64,000 bases of DNA from positions 14,074,001-14,138,000 of the forward strand of contig NC_135759.1 in assembly GCF_052425735.1 (NCBI RefSeq). The letters are read 5' to 3'. Shown one piece after another: positions 1 to 12,200 of the stretch. Below the pieces are notes generated by a model. It did not search any database and was not told the DNA's origin. It saw only the letters and a list, made by a program, of their open reading frames with translations. Made by a program: the position numbers and the translations under genes. Position 1 is the first letter of the stretch. Each line of letters opens with the position of its first letter. This stretch comes from Oculina patagonica. Its lineage: Eukaryota.

Positions 1-1731
1 AACGCCCAGACCTGAAAGATATAAAAACAGAAAGAGTTAGTAACGACCAGACCTGAAAGATATAAAAACAGAGAGAGTGAGTAACGCCCAGACCTGAAAG
101 ATATAAAAACAGAGAGAGTTAGTAACGACCAGACCTGAAAGATATAAAAACAGAGAGAGTGAGTAACGAACAGAACTGAAAGATATAAAAACAGAGAGAG
201 TTAGTAACGACCAGACCTGAAAGATATAAAAACAGAGAGAGTGAGTAACGACCAGACCTTAAAGATATAAAAACAGAGAGAGTTAGTAACGCCCAGACCT
301 GAAAGATATAAAAACAGAGAGAGTAAGTAACGACCAGACCTGAAAGATATAAAAACAGAGAGAGTTAGTAACGAACAGACCTGAAAGATATAAAAACAGA
401 GACAGTTAGTAACGTCCAGACCTGAAAGATATAAAAACAGAGAGAGTAAGTAACAACCAGACCTGAAAGATATAAAAACAGAGAGAGTGAGTAACGTCCA
501 GACCTGAAAGATATAAAAACAGAGAGAGTTAATATCTACCAGACCTGAAAGATATAAAAACAGAGAGAGTGAGTAACGACTAGACCTGAAAGATATAAAA
601 ACAGAGAGAGTTAATATCTACCAGACCTGAAAGATATAAAAACAGAGAGAGTTAGTAACGCCCAGACCTGAAAGATATAAAAACAGAGAGAGTTGGTAAC
701 GACCAGACCTGAAAGATATAAATACAGAGAGAGTTAGTAACGACCAGACCTGAAAGATATAAAAACAGAGAGAGTTGGTAACGACCAGACCTGAAAGATA
801 TAAAAACAGAGAGAGTTAGTAACGCCCAGACCTGAAAGATATAAATACAGAGAGAGTTAGTAACGACCAGACCTGAAAGATTTAAAAACAGAGAGAGTTA
901 ATAACTACCAGACCTGAAAGATATAAAAACAGAGAGAGTTAGTAACGTCCAGACCTGAAAGATATAAAAACAGAGAGAGTTAGTAACGACCAGACCTGAA
1001 AGATATAAAAACAGAGAGAGTTAGTAGCGACAAGACCTGAAAGATAAAAAAACAGAGAGAGTTAGTAACGTCCAGACCTGAAAGATATAAAAACAGAGAG
1101 AGTTGGTAACTACCAGACCTGAACGATATAAAAACAGAGAGAGTGAGTAACGACCAGACCTGAAAGATATAAAAACAGAGAGAGTTAGTAACGACCAGAC
1201 CTGAACGATATAAATACAGAGAGAGTTAGTAACGTCCAGACCTGAAAGATATAAAAACAGAGAGAGTGAGTAACGACCAGACCTGAAAGATATAAAAACA
1301 GAGAGAGTTAATAACTACCAGACCTGAAAGATATAAAAACAGAGAGAGTTAGTTACGCCCAGACCTGAAAGATATAAAAACAGAGAGAGTTGGTAACGAC
1401 CAGACCTGAACGATATAAATACAGAGAGAGTTAGTAACGACCAGACCTGAAAGATATAAAAACAGAGAGAGTTGGTAACGACCAGACCTGAAAGATATAA
1501 AAACAGAGAGAGTTAATAACTACCAGACCTGAAAGATATAAAAACAGAGAGAGTTAATAACTACCAGACCTGGAAGATATAAAAACAGAGGAGAGAGTTA
1601 TTAACGCCCAGACCTGAAAGATATAAAAACAGAGAGAGTTAGTAACGTCCAGACCTGAAAGATATAAAAACAGGGAGAGTTAGTAACGCCCAGACCTGAA
1701 AGATATAAAAACAGAGAGAGTTAGTAACGCC
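1..1731. repeat. 41-bp tandem repeat (minisatellite/satellite), about 42 copies, runs off the left edge
   Basis: The unit AACG(A/C/T)CCAGACCTGAAAGATATAAAAACAGAGAGAGT(T/G/A)AGT recurs at 1, 42, 83 and so on to about 1731. The core is nearly invariant. Confidence 0.98.
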
Positions 1732-1757
1732 TAAACTATGCATCAGAAAAGACGAAG

Positions 1758-2306
1758 GTTTGAGGAATCTTTTCGTATCATTTTATTGAAAATTTAGTCA
1801 AACGGTTCAGAACTAGCCCTCGAACGAAAACTGGTATCAAAAATTGTTAAGCCGTCCGAATGCATAGCAGCAAGAAGTGATGCCAAAGTTAAAACGCTAT
1901 TCCTCAGCTTCTTTCTGATACAATTAAATAATGATCGTCCAAGATTTGTTTCGTGGAAAGGGAGGCAAACGCAAAACCAATACTCAGTAGTGTAGGGAGT
2001 GATGCCAATCGTGCGACACAACCCAAGGACCTTCCCGCAATTATAATGGCGATGTCGAAATACTCTCTACACTTCTGAGTATTGGTTTTGCGTTTGCCTC
2101 CTTCTCCACGAAACAAAAGTCTTGAACGGCCATTGTTTAATTGTATCTCAGAAAGAGGCTGGAAATAGCGTTTTTCTTCGGCATCACTTCTTGGTGTTAT
2201 GCATTCGGACGGCTTAAACATTTTGGATACCTTTTTTCAATAGAGGGATAGTTCTGAACCATTTGACTAAATTTTCTATAAAATTATACAAGAAGATTCG
2301 TCAAGC
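1758..2306. mobile_element. Foldback/MITE: long imperfect palindrome
   Basis: The left arm (~1758-2010) is the reverse complement of the right arm (~2050-2306), e.g. AAAATTTAGTCAAACGGTTCAGAAC vs GTTCTGAACCATTTGACTAAATTTT. Confidence 0.85.
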
Positions 2307-2574
2307 GTAGTTTCAAAGCTGTGCGATGTGATTTTCAGGTCGAAAATCGGCTCGGCGCTGGAGCTATTCAGCTTTGGAGTTGTTGGAGTTTCCACCCTTT
2401 CCATATAATTAGATGTATAGTAAGCAGCGAAAGCAAAATATCCTTAAATCTACTCAAATTCACCATTTCGAGCCGAAAGAACGACACTACGCAAAAGGTA
2501 GGAAAACGTACGTTTATTCGTCATGAATTTGATCATGTTTTGCGCCATTATACGCAATTCTACAAACCGTTCGG

Positions 2575-3385
2575 CATAGGCGTACGAGGCGGGGGGGGGG
2601 GGTGAGGCGGGCTGCAGCCCACCCCCCCCCTCCCCCAGTGCCGAAATTTTCCGGGCAAAATTCTTAGAATTTGGGCAACAAGCCTAGGAAAGAAAATAGA
2701 AAATAAGCCGACAAATCTCAATAGTATGTTCAAAACGCCTTACAGCAACGAAAAAGTATTGGAAATATACCGAACTTTGTGATTCAAAAGTCATCTGCTT
2801 TTGTTTCCTCTCGATTTTTCTCGCAAATTCGCAAATTCTACCTGAACCACCAGTTTGTTTTAGTTACAATCATTTTGAAGTGGGTGGGAAATTGGCGAGG
2901 GCGACCAGAAGTTAGGATTTTCTATAGCCTGAGCGTTTGCGCACGGTGGATCCAGTGTAAGACCTTGAAACAAAGTTGTTACAAATGCGATGAAGCTAAT
3001 GCTTTTGACTCAAATGTAAAGTTAACGTTCTAAGGACTAGCTCAAAACTTTCGACGAAATGTTTTAACTTATTTACTCCTGAATGTCTCACACCCTTTTG
3101 TATATCTTTTAAGTGTAGTAAAAACAATGTAAATTGGCTCTCCAAAAATACCTTAATTGTTTTTTACTAGAGTGAATAAATAAAATATTTCCGAAGAAAA
3201 ATAATTTAGTGCATTGACATATTCGGGCAATGCCACGAAATTAATTAAAAAACTATCGTTTCCCTTAAGCAAGTAGGCCGTTGTCCGTTTTATATGCCTC
3301 TTAATTCGGTTTTAAACGCATGTCATTTTTTTTCGGGCAGTAAGGTCTCCGCCCCCCTAGATCTGAAGGTGCCCGTACGCCTATG
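2575..3385. mobile_element. Non-autonomous hAT-like DNA transposon
   Basis: TIR CATAGGCGTACG ... CGTACGCCTATG, with a perfect 8-bp TSD CCGTTCGG (2567-2574 and 3386-3393). Confidence 0.9.
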
Positions 3386-3454
3386 CCGTTCGGTAAATTC
3401 CATACATTCTCTATAAAAATGTAAATGTGCAAAGTTTTCACACAAACAGTTTGC

Positions 3455-4733
3455 CAATCTCGAGCCCAGAGTCCGTCCAGTCGGTCAGCGGTACGGGACG
3501 GACTCTGGGAAACTGGAATCGATCAGATCAATTTCAGGTCGATTTCAGGTAGAACCTTGGTCTTCCGGTTTTTATTGCGCATGCTCTCAGGTCTAAGCGG
3601 AAGTAAATTTCCCAGAACGGAAGTAAATCGAGAAAGTTGAACTATTTCTAACACAGTATTGACAGAACTGGTGTTTATCGAAGCAACAAAAGTAACAAAA
3701 ACGTTCTGCAGTTAACAAAAGAGCGTCTGGTGTTTTGATTTCCGTTAGTCTCTTTCTTGTGCATACTGTTATAATGGTTTTAAATCAAAGATCTTGTTTG
3801 CCTTCCAAGATTCCGCCGCCTGACTGTATGCATGTGTTCGTTGTTGTTTTGCGGACGACAGTGAAGAAATTTACATAATGCACAACGCACGGACAAGCTA
3901 TTGTTCTGTTGATAAAAATTTTTGTTTGGCGACTTTCGTATATTTCAAAGGCTTCTCGCTGACAGCGCATCTTTTCATGATAGATTGCATGTTTTCGAGC
4001 AAATAATTGTTTCCTCGTCAAATAGCGGTAATATTAATAAAGACGTTAAAGGCCACATCGATCGGTCAACGCTATTCAAAAGGTGTAATTAGCATTTCGG
4101 CGACTCAGCTCGTGCACACATTCACGCAATTCACGTGCACAAAATTGTACAATTCCTTTTTCAGCAAAACAACAACGCGTAATGTTCAAATTCTGCTTTA
4201 TTAGTTATTATTTTGAATCGAGCACTGTCTGCGATATTCAGTTTTTCAACCGTAACGGAGATTTGAAAGAAAACAGTAGTTCTAGCAAGATTTGTAAGTC
4301 AACTATAAATTGAGTTTTCAATCGACCTTGTCCTTGGCGACGCCGTGGTTGTTGTTTTAAAACTCCGCTCAGAATCGACGCTTAAAGGAAGTCCTTTTTT
4401 ATTCAAGGTATCTTTTGATTTCAAAAAGAATGGTAGAATTAGAAAATACTTCATTTATGTAGCGCCATATGACGAGTTCTTAGGTGTTTTACAAAATGAA
4501 GGTGATACACCTGAACATTTGACCATGGAAAACAAAAAATGTTTTTCCAGGGTTTCCGGTTTGGTTTACTTCCGGGGAAGATTTTCAGACTTCCGTGTTG
4601 ATTTCTATTGTTCTTTGAGGACCAGTAAGACACTGAATTATTATTCAGTTTCCCAGAGTGAGTCCCGGCGACCCTACCGCTGACCAACCGCTGACGGATC
4701 GCGGAGCCGGGGCTCACTCTGGGCTCGAGATTG
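3455..4733. mobile_element. Non-autonomous TIR element with 9-bp TSD (MuDR/Academ-type; superfamily uncertain)
   Basis: TIR CAATCTCGAGCCCAGAGT ... ACTCTGGGCTCGAGATTG, with a perfect 9-bp TSD ACAGTTTGC (3446-3454 and 4734-4742). Confidence 0.9.
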
Positions 4734-7700
4734 ACAGTTTGCTGGGCGCCCCACAAGGCGCCCAGGCTCACGCTTTGACAACTCGGTCAAAATGGCGGCG
4801 TCAAAATTATAAGGATTTGTATGAAACTTCATAGCAAAAATTTATATCGAAAGAAAATATAATAACAAAGCTACGAAAGTTCACATTTAACATCATATGC
4901 TGTCTCTGTCTTGTTTCTTGACTGTTCTAAAGCATTTAAGCCTATTTAACCGGTATTTTTTATTTTAGTTTACTCTTACCTAAATTTATTCAAGGATGAA
5001 CACTTCCGACGCTCAATGAAGACCACTGCTCGACAAAAACAAGCCAAAAATTGCTTTTAATTTCATCCTCACACTCCAAAACTTCGCATGGGTATAGTTC
5101 AAAAATCATACTTTCGCTATGGTAAATTTTTGATCCGGCTGCCTCTGTCCTTGATTTAAGAATATATACGGAAAAAATAACCAAGGTTTGTACACTTTTG
5201 GCTTTCTCCAACACCTTGCCTCCGATAGAGTGGACGCATTTTTAATTAGCCTTGCCTTTCACGTGCAGCCTCACTAGTACTCTATGACTGGGCGATAGTT
5301 GTCAGGGCGACGACACTTTTTTTCTCGTAGGGGAGGGAGGGAAACGAGACCTTCGAGGGTGCTCTGCCTTACGCATGTACACTGGCCCAAGTACCCACAG
5401 AAGCATCGAAGCATCTATGAATATTTGAATATTAAAATGGAAGCGTCAGAAGACATCTTCAACCGTAAGTATTCTACGCTATGTGAATTACGGCAATGAT
5501 CGCTAAATAAATGCTTTTGATATAGTGTTGGTAAAAACGGTCAGAATTATCTTCGCTTAAAATGTAAACCCATTGCTTTAATCTCAAAATTTCGTTGTCG
5601 TCCCATAGTTAGAAAAAAATTGCGATTTTGCGTTTCTGTGAGCGCTGAAATGTAAATGAATGAAGCGCAATTTTCAAGGCAAGTGACTTCCTATTCATTC
5701 CTTGGCATACTTTCATATTTTGCAAAGCAATCACCGCATCATTGTTAACGAAAACCGTCAGCAGATTCATTCAAAAGATTCATTCAAAAGTCGTGCAATG
5801 GTGGTGGGTTTTTTTTTTCAATATGCATACATTCACCTTTTTTTTTTCAAATAAAAAATTGCCATATTATTTTTGACATGTTAAATTTGTTTTTAAACAT
5901 TTTATATTCGCTAAAAGTGTTAAAATTCGTCCAAATTTTCTTGACTTCTCGCATGGTTCACCCAACATTCATTTTCTTTTTTTTTTTTCAACGTGTCGCG
6001 AGGACTTGGAAATTAGAATAGTTAGTCGTCGATTCAGGCTTCATTTTCTTATTTTTACATAGCCATAAATATTAATATTAGCCCGACTGATTTAAGCCAC
6101 ATTTTAGCCTAGCCAAACACACACAGTATGTAATTTGAGCTACACGTTCGTGATTGTATGACATATCTCAAAAATTGACAACATTTATGTTTACTGTGGT
6201 ACGTATTTTAACAGAATTTTACACAGCAAAATTTTATTGCGTTTTAAGAAACTTAAACATAATGGTCCGTTTTATCAAAAATTCCAATATTAGAGCCTTG
6301 AAACGTTTGACAAGCGTCTCTGGCTATGTGGATGGCTAGGATATAAATGGATAGCAACTTAAAAAAATGAGATTAAAATTTTCAAGTTGCATGTTTAATT
6401 TTTGCGCGTCTTCTAAAATAATCGATATTTATGGCCAAAGTTTGAACTCTATCCGCAAATTAAGGTTTTATATATATTTTCTTTAGATGTTCAATGATAA
6501 TGTTTTTTATGAGTTCAGTTCATTGCCTACCACTAATTTCAGAAAATCTGCAAAATGCCCGAGACGTAGCTCCTTTAACCTTTGGAGGTACAAGCAAACT
6601 CCCACCCCCACAATCGTACAAGGTGGGGGGAGGAGGAGAATGGAACCCCTCCCCAGGGTTTTCGTTCTATTAAGACACAGCAAAATTATTTTGCACTGAG
6701 TAGAAAGTCCTTAGCGCACTCTACAAGATGACATAATTTTTGTTGGCTGTGACGTCATATGTGGTCACGTGACATCATAAGAGCCGCCATCTGGAATCTG
6801 CCGTCTTGGATTTCACCATTTTCTTAGAAAGTCAGAAATTAACAAAATTTGATGTAAAATCAAGTCAGAATGCTTATGGAATGTAAAATAGACAAATCTT
6901 ACAATTCTGTTTCAAAAAACTGGAAAAAAATAAAGAAAAATGTTAAAATTGACGATTTTTGGCCTGCCTGTAATTATGACTTTGCCATGGCAACGTCAAA
7001 TATCATGGACACATGGTTGACATATCAAAATTTCCGTAAAGGATGAATGAACAACTACTGAGAGTTTCAGCATTGTAGAGTAAATCTTCTTTTCAAACTG
7101 ATTTCGAAAAAACCTTATGGGAGGTGGCATCCGCCGCCCCGCTCCCCTTCATCATCGATCAAAACTAGAACTACAGACTGTAATTGTCTGAAACTGAGCA
7201 TAGAACATACGAACCACTAAATATGCAAGACGCTACAATTCCTACGGGATTCCACTTGGGCCAATGGAGCTAAATTTGTTTATTTTCAAAGTTCGATTTA
7301 GACTGATGGTTTAACAAACTCATCTCGATTGTTGTGGAGGCGACAAATAAAGCAAGAGTAAATATTCATGTAAGGTACACTTGTGAGATGGTCGGGACAC
7401 GAGAGAAGACAGAAAATTATCTCTTTCACAAAATATATGGGCTTGCTAAACACAGTCATACGGGGAACTGTTATAATTAGTTAGTTCGGCCTTCAATTTG
7501 AGATGAATAATATTTTACCCAAGTAGTTTCTCAGGCAAAAATAAGCATTTGATTCGACATTACAAAGATCATTTCATTTTTTCAACCATGAAATATAACT
7601 GACACCTTTAAATGCCTCCTAGCTGGGTAGTGAGCAACACTTTAGTAATTTATTGTGTCACGGATTTTAGCCAAGTTTTTGCATAGGAAATGGCCACCAA

Positions 7701-8097
7701 ATTCGGTGAAATATGAAAGTAACCGGGTAAAAACAGTGAAGAGACATTGTAAAAATACAGCGATACAAAAGAAGACTGTACCGATAGGCAAATGTAAAGA
7801 AGATTCTACAAACGTTTTGCGATGTGAACAGTTTTGTGTCAAAGTCGTTTGTTTGTTTGTTTGTTACTTGAAATTATAACACCCGGAAGACACATTTGGT
7901 TGAATAAAGCTATGGCTTATTTAGATCCATAGAAGCAATTTCTTTGCAAACATTTTTTTTTTTAATCTGAGAGCGATTATTTGGCAAAACGTCATAAAAT
8001 AACTTAGCCCTGCTGTGACACATTTTGATAGAACTTTTGCTGTGGGGCGAGCTTCAGAAGAAGCTGGGCAAACAACGAAGTCTGAAAAATTACTTAC

Positions 8098-8590
8098 CAT
8101 GCTGCCAGTGATTTCATTCCTCGTGCCGCGCATCGTTTTCATAGACTGCTAGTTTTCTCTCTTTGTTCCTTTCTTCTCAAACCTGTGAAATTAAAACCCA
8201 ACCATTACTGAAGACATTTAACACTTAATACAGGTCAAGTTCAAAGCCTTGTTAATTTCCGTTAGACTCCTGATCAGACTCCTTTATCATTAGAAGCGGT
8301 CAAAATTCCACTTAAGCATGAGTTTATAACTTACCGCTTCATTCTTTCTCAAAGATCTGAAAGATGGACGCTCAATGAAGAAAAGAAGGGCCGCTTCTTC
8401 ACGAAACACAGACTCCTTCACCTTGTTCAACAGATGTATTTAAAAAGAAGAAAGTAAATATAAAATGAATTAGAACAGAGTAACCGACCAAAGAAAACAG
8501 AGAACTAAAGTAGACGAAATACAAGAACAAATAATGAACTAATAAGACGACTTACCAAATGCAGCTGGAAACGCGAGGTTCAGGGAAACA
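8098..8590 (-). other. Putative spliced non-coding or 5'UTR exons of a minus-strand transcript, head-to-head with CCDC125
   Basis: Minus-strand GTAAGT donors follow 8098, 8336 and 8557. Pyrimidine-rich CAG acceptors precede 8182 and 8357. Exon 8098-8182 has stops in all three frames and ends in ATG|gt. Confidence 0.45.
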
Positions 8591-9298
8591 TAAAATAACA
8601 CTCGTAATAAATGATGCACTGAAGCGATTGAAAATGGAAAAGATAGAACGAAATATTCGGGACGAAATTTACATACGAAGCTAAATAAAAGCATGCAGAG
8701 GTGGGAAAAAACATTTACATATTAAGAGACAAAAAACAACAACAACAAAAGAAATAGCCGCAACACCCAACTTTTATGCATGTACGTTTTCAGCTATTTA
8801 GCTTAGTATGGTACAAACTCAGCGGGAGCCGTGTTTGGCCTGTCACTTTTATATATTTTATCTTTGCTGTGAGTGAAAAATGTTTAGCCGTGAGTGAAAT
8901 TCATTTTTTCCGTGAGTGAAATTGATTTTGCCGTGAAGAAATTGAAATTGTCGTGGTGAAAATGATTTTGCCGTGACAGTTGTGGGCCACCGTAAAGACG
9001 TTAAAATAACGTCTTAAAGGGCGCGGGGCGGCAAAAAAAAAAAAAACATGACGCAAGTTAGTCGAAGTCGACGTAATGTTTCTCTATGGCTTCTATTATA
9101 TATGGTCTTCTATTACGCGTGGTCTGCCTGTGGTGCGGGTACCTGTGCTGTAAAGTTTACTCACAGGCTTGGATGCTAAGCTAAAGGTTTGGTTACCTAG
9201 TCACAGAAAAACACTTGAAAGTTGTGGAAAGTGACAACACAGAATATATAATTTTGCGAATATTTGACTTAGAATCTATCGATTTTCATCTGTGACTC

Positions 9299-12200
9299 AT
9301 GTCCTGGTTGGTTCCCAATGGAAAGAATTTCCATGGCAGCCGCGGATCTTTCTCGTCTGACGATTCTTCTGTTGATTTGGGTTTAGGATTTGGCCTAAAG
9401 CCGGGCGGTCTTCCGAAGCACTGTCCGAAGTCTACAGAGGATGATTCAATTAGCGCCGACTTAGAAATATTTAGCTTATTTCAGAATCCAACAGCAGAGA
9501 TAGAGCCACAAGAAACTCTTGAAAAGGATGAACAAAGATGCAAGCCTTTCACATGGAAGACGAGTTTACAAGACAGCATCGAACAGCTAAAAGAAATTAA
9601 GGGTGGGATATCCCGAATCTCGAAATGGGGTTTACCCAAAAGGAGTTTCTCGCTAAAGATAAGGAAAAGAACAAACAGTGAAAGTAAGGTCAAGAACGAT
9701 GATATTACTAAAGAAAAGACTCGTGGACTGCGAAGGATAAATTCTGCCAGAGGTAAGCTATAATAAGGCGAAATATTTTTTGTATAAACCCATGCCTGGC
9801 TTGAATAATATACAGTTGTTAGTACAAACTTGGGTGTGTAACTGTGTTTTTTTTTTTGCGATTCCATAGAATCAGTATCATCAATGCAATTTGACCTTTT
9901 TAATAGTAGGTTTACTCTTACGTGCATGCTTATTTTCAAAGGGTAAATCTGGAATATTTTTTAATGTTCGCTCAAAAAGCTACATGTAGGGAGCACGCCA
10001 AGTCATGAAATTAAGCAGGTAAATGTTACAGCTGGCTGAATAGCAGAAACTATTTTGAGATGAAGGGTGTCAGGTTTTTATCAGCGAAATGTCATACTTG
10101 ACACTTAATTATCTGGCCCAACATCTTAGCATTATTATGCAATAGTGTGTCTTTATTACTTTTATTTTTTTTTTCTTAGTAATAATTTTATTTGTTTGTT
10201 TGTCTAGTACAAAGAGACCCCACCTTATAATGACCACTTGTTTTTGTATGAGACAAAAAATGAAAAACAAAAGGAACCCATTTATTTAGCCACCCCACTA
10301 GTTAATTGTCTAGCCTGCGAATATAGCAGCCTCTTAGCACAAAACACCCCTCAGGACGGGATCCATGAAAGGGGGCTATATTCGCAGGCTAGTAATATAC
10401 CAAGTTCTTTGTGTTTAGTTCTTTGTGTTTTAATGTAATCTTGAATGGTTTGTTATCTGGCAAGCTAAAATCTAAAATAAAAAAATTCTTATCAAAGTCT
10501 GAGGATAGTTTAAGTGGTTGTTGGTACGTTGTCACCCTAAAGCACAACAGTATTTGTCTTTGGTTCATTAATTCATCATCCGCAGTTCATATACCGTAGA
10601 ATTCCAGTTATAAGCCCTGGGCTTATACAACTTCACAAAGGTTTTTGGGTGGGCTTATAAGCGGAGGGGCTTATATTCGGGAGGGCTTATAAGCGGAAGG
10701 AAAAAAACGTTTCGAAACGAGCCTCGGGAGCGTTGATCGAAATACGTTTAAGTCAAAAAAGCAACAACCTTAGCCTTGTTCAGTACTGTCATCCGGTAGA
10801 GGGGGGCTTATATCCCGGGGGCTTATAACCGGATGTATTTTTTTGTTTCCAGGTTGATGGGTCTATAACCGGGGGGGGGGGGGGGGGCTTATAACCGGAA
10901 TTTTACGGTATATGATTTCATATATTCACTTTTTTATCTTCATCTTTTCCGGGTATATTACGAACCAATTTAATGACCAGCTCTCAGTTGGCTTGTTAGC
11001 TCAATTGGTTAGAGTGCTGCACCGGTATCGCAGAGGTCAGGGTCCGAGCCTGATTTTTACAGGCTTTATTTTTGCAACTGCTTAAGTTGTGTTCATAACT
11101 GCGAGGATCTTCTCTTCATTTATTCATCATCCGCAGTTCATATATGTGATTTCATATATTCACTATTTCAGTATTTGTATTCCCTAACATACGGCATGGC
11201 TGCCCTACATAAAAAAACCATCAATATATTATTGGTGCTTTAGATAACAGCAACTCAATATACAATAACTATCTCCAAGAACGTTTGGAGAAAAAGCATC
11301 AGGCTCATTTCCCAAAAATGAGATAATCAAACCTGAAAATATGACAATACACAGGAATAAAGTGTAATATTCTCAGTGTCCTAGTAGGACACATTTGCAA
11401 CCAGTTTGAATTAAAGTGCTTATAAACTCTCCAAAAACATTTTCGCTTACCGTTTTTACTTCAATAAGCACCGCAGTGCTTATTTAATTTTTTTTTGAGC
11501 TTCAATTGCAGCAATTATTCAAGGGCAGTGCTTATTGGAGGGTGATGCTTATTTGAAATTTAGACGCCACAAAAAATAAATTAATTAAAACGTCATTGGT
11601 TGTTAGTATTTGTCTCTTGCTGAAGAGAGAAGTGGTACTAGCTGCCCTTGCAAAGTTCAAGGCCTTCACAACATTTACAGTAAAATTGTTGGATAGAAAA
11701 ACTAATAGGCGAGTGGTAAAACAATCACTTTGACTGCGAAACATCGCTTTTGATGGAAAGAAATGTCCAAGTTTGTTTTAGAGTTGCTTAGTGGTCCTGT
11801 TTTAAGTTAAACAGAATTCCTCTATTAAGCGCCGCATCTAGACTGCAGCGCTTATTCCGGGGTGGCCCTTACTCACTTAAATTTCAAGGGTTTTCGAATC
11901 TTGATTTCTTGCCACTTTGAAAAAGAAAATTCCGGTTTTGACCAAAATCAAACATTTTTCGCCATTTCGCTCAGAGTAAGAGTTGATATACTGATTTGTT
12001 GAAGTTTGGTGGCAGGACCCCGTTGATAACAGTACACATGTACTGAAGGGCTATCCTGGATAAACATTGGATTATTATTATTATTATTTGGGGGGTTTAT
12101 AGGCACTTTTAAATAAAGGGCCTACTGGGATAATCAGTATTTAACATTTCTGCCTTTTGTATTCTGGAGGGATCAAATGTTCATTGATTTTTTACAGAGT

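Noticed and set aside
1-1731. CRISPR-like array
   Set aside because: The units are contiguous with only point variants and no unique spacers. The context is eukaryotic and there are no cas genes.
9481-9939. 152-aa minus-strand ORF
   Set aside because: It is the antisense shadow of CCDC125 exon 1 and has no recognisable features.
10990-11055. Functional tRNA gene
   Set aside because: The T-arm/B box is degenerate, no acceptor stem closes, and it is embedded in an interspersed repeat.
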